Shown piece after piece: positions 62,177 through 64,000 of a stretch of 64,000 nucleotides of DNA. The translations under genes were made by a program, and so were the position numbers. The notes beneath the pieces are model-generated. The model was given only the letters and a program-made list of their open reading frames with translations. It was not told where the DNA came from and did not search any database. Within the stretch, counting starts at the first letter, position 1. Every line of letters begins with the position of its first letter. Origin of the DNA: Candidatus Poribacteria bacterium (lineage in GTDB: Bacteria > Poribacteria > WGA-4E > WGA-3G); the NCBI GenBank assembly GCA_963665235.2, contig CAXXLX010000001.1, positions 448,001-512,000 of the forward strand, in the 5' to 3' direction.

Positions 62177-63084
62177 AACCAATTCAAAAGGCGATTATTC
62201 CGATTGCTGGATACGGCACACGCCTCTTTCCCGCAACGAAAGCTGTACCGAAAGCCCTTTTCCCAATTATCGCGCCAGACGGTCTCACAAAACCGGTCAT
62301 TCAGTTGATAATTGAGGAGGCACTCGCAGCTGGCGTGGAAGAGGTATGTATAGTTGCCCAACCGCAACAGGTTGAACCGATTACCGACTATTTCTCTGGT
62401 GCCGTGCCAGCCGCGATTCTTGAAAAACCGGAACTGGCGATGATAGTTGACAACTTGACAGAAATAGGCAAGCGGCTGCATTTCGCAATTCAGGCGGAAC
62501 CGAAAGGGTTCGGACATGCCATCTATTGTGCAAAAGATTTTGCCGCAGACGACCCCATCATGATTCTACTCGGGGACCACCTCTATATCTCAGAATCGGA
62601 CATCTCTTGTGCAAAACAGCTGGTAGATGTCTACGCAGCAGTCGGAACATCTGTCACGAGTCTGGATGTTTGTGATGAAAGCGAGCTGGCTCTCAACGGA
62701 ATTGTGCAGGGAACTGCTGCTGCGGACAATCCGGATATTTTCAAGTTAGCACAAATTGCCGAAAAACCGACGGTAGCCTACGCACGCGAACACATGCACG
62801 TCGCAGGCGTATCGGATACACAGGAAACGCCTAGATATCTATGTCACTTCGGCATAGATTTGCTAACCCCACTCCTATTTGACATACTGGATTACAACTA
62901 TCGCAACGAAATTTTGACGCACGGTGAAATTCAGCTGCGGGACGCAATGGCTGAAATGGTAAAGCAGGAGGGCATGTTCGGATACCGCGTCGCTGGCGAA
63001 CGTTATGACACAGGCAACCCACAAGAACTACTGAAAACGGCCTACGCCTTTGGAGGACAAAGCCCCTATATCGGGAAGTGTTGA
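62173..63084 (+). CDS. Sugar-1-phosphate nucleotidyltransferase (GalU-like)
   Basis: IPIAGYGTRLFPATKAVPK, QAEPKGFGHA, LGDH, EKP, RYDTG. Confidence 0.85.
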   Translation: MKPIQKAIIPIAGYGTRLFPATKAVPKALFPIIAPDGLTKPVIQLIIEEALAAGVEEVCIVAQPQQVEPITDYFSGAVPAAILEKPELAMIVDNLTEIGKRLHFAIQAEPKGFGHAIYCAKDFAADDPIMILLGDHLYISESDISCAKQLVDVYAAVGTSVTSLDVCDESELALNGIVQGTAAADNPDIFKLAQIAEKPTVAYAREHMHVAGVSDTQETPRYLCHFGIDLLTPLLFDILDYNYRNEILTHGEIQLRDAMAEMVKQEGMFGYRVAGERYDTGNPQELLKTAYAFGGQSPYIGKC

Positions 63085-63146
63085 CATCTCACTTTGTATG
63101 AACCTGATCCCTATAGTATCCTAACTAAATTTTTCGGAGTTGTCCC

Positions 63147-64000
63147 ATGAACAGCGAGACTATTTTCACCGTCCAGAATAAAAACCTGACCCAGCTTAAC
63201 CAGAACACAGCCGTTGAATTTTTTCAGAAGCTGCTGTGGGCAGAAGCGCGCCGACTCGGTATAGAAATTAGCAAGATTAACGTTTCTCGTTGGGTTAATG
63301 TCCCGGATGGCGGCGTTGATGCGACCGTTGAGGATGTTCAAATTGCAACAGGGCTCGGAATCATTAAGCAAGGGAAAACCAGTTATCAAATTAAATCCGG
63401 TCCATCGTTTAAACCGTGGCAGAAATCGGTCATTAAAAAAGAACTCTTCGGAACAAAAACACCTGAGTTGCAGAACTTAGGAGAAAGTATTCGCGCCTGT
63501 CTTGATGCGGATGGGACTTACGTTTTGGTTTGCACCGGGATAGACTTAGTTGATTCTCTACGTAGAGATGCGCTCAAACATATTGAGGATTTTCTAAAGG
63601 GGTGCGGTTATTCAAATCCCAAGGTTGAGGCGTGGAGTCAGAACACTTTAATCGGTTTTCTTGAAACGTTTCCATCCTTGGCGTTATGGGTGAATGAACG
63701 CGATAAATCAGATTTTCAAACACATCAGAGTTGGGCAGAAAATGATACTATGAAAGCCGCTTATGTTTCAGGGGAACCACAAGACGACTTAATTGCAGAA
63801 ATCCGGGACGAATTACGTCAAAATTATGACACTGTTCACGTGCGTGTGTTAGGTGAACCTGGAATCGGCAAAACAAGGCTCGCTTTGGAAGTCACAAGTC
63901 CAAACGATTTAGCACCGCTTGTTATTTATTGCACAGCTGCTCAGTTTCGGGGCAGCGAATTGATGCGTGAAATCCTCCGAGACGACAGTCAATTCTCCGC
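63147..64000 (+). CDS. PD-(D/E)XK-type nuclease fused to STAND NTPase (Avs-like), runs off the right edge
   Basis: Absent from the ORF track; hand translation MNSETIFTV...PDGGVDA...YQIKSG...GEPGIGKTRLA (Walker A at ~63852). Confidence 0.75.
   Translation, partial: MNSETIFTVQNKNLTQLNQNTAVEFFQKLLWAEARRLGIEISKINVSRWVNVPDGGVDATVEDVQIATGLGIIKQGKTSYQIKSGPSFKPWQKSVIKKELFGTKTPELQNLGESIRACLDADGTYVLVCTGIDLVDSLRRDALKHIEDFLKGCGYSNPKVEAWSQNTLIGFLETFPSLALWVNERDKSDFQTHQSWAENDTMKAAYVSGEPQDDLIAEIRDELRQNYDTVHVRVLGEPGIGKTRLALEVTSPNDLAPLVIYCTAAQFRGSELMREILRDDSQFS

Overview
Bacterial chromosomal window of about 48% GC (estimated by eye). Its content resembles Candidatus Poribacteria (inference): three PhyH dioxygenases, a sulfatase, Gfo/Idh/MocA oxidoreductases, Uma2 and TPR proteins, and LamG proteins ending in TTWGxxK. 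Housekeeping genes (ugd, moxR, hup, asd, mtnK, aspC, iscS, hisS/hisG/hisZ) are separated by intergenic regions packed with nested non-autonomous mobile DNA: three MITE families, IS200/IS605 remnants, a HEARO/omegaRNA-like element, and more than 50 copies of one GTAG-hairpin REP. Main observations: (1) five secreted proteins share a C-terminal V[DE]xxxKxxTTW[GA]x[IL]K tail, a candidate sorting signal, in a window that also has a PorU/gingipain-like C25 peptidase; (2) adjacent cohesin and dockerin genes carry Spondin_N and Reeler domains; (3) an unannotated His-rich leader peptide and attenuator precede hisZ-hisG-hisS; (4) one MITE family carries locally amplified REP arrays; (5) an orphan mini-CRISPR lies beside a plasmid-type ParA/RHH/iteron cassette; (6) a HEARO-like element sits exactly between an RBS and its ATG, behind a duplicated 500-nt structured leader; (7) a truncated nuclease-STAND (Avs-like) gene lies at the right edge. 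All calls were made by eye; no database searches were run.
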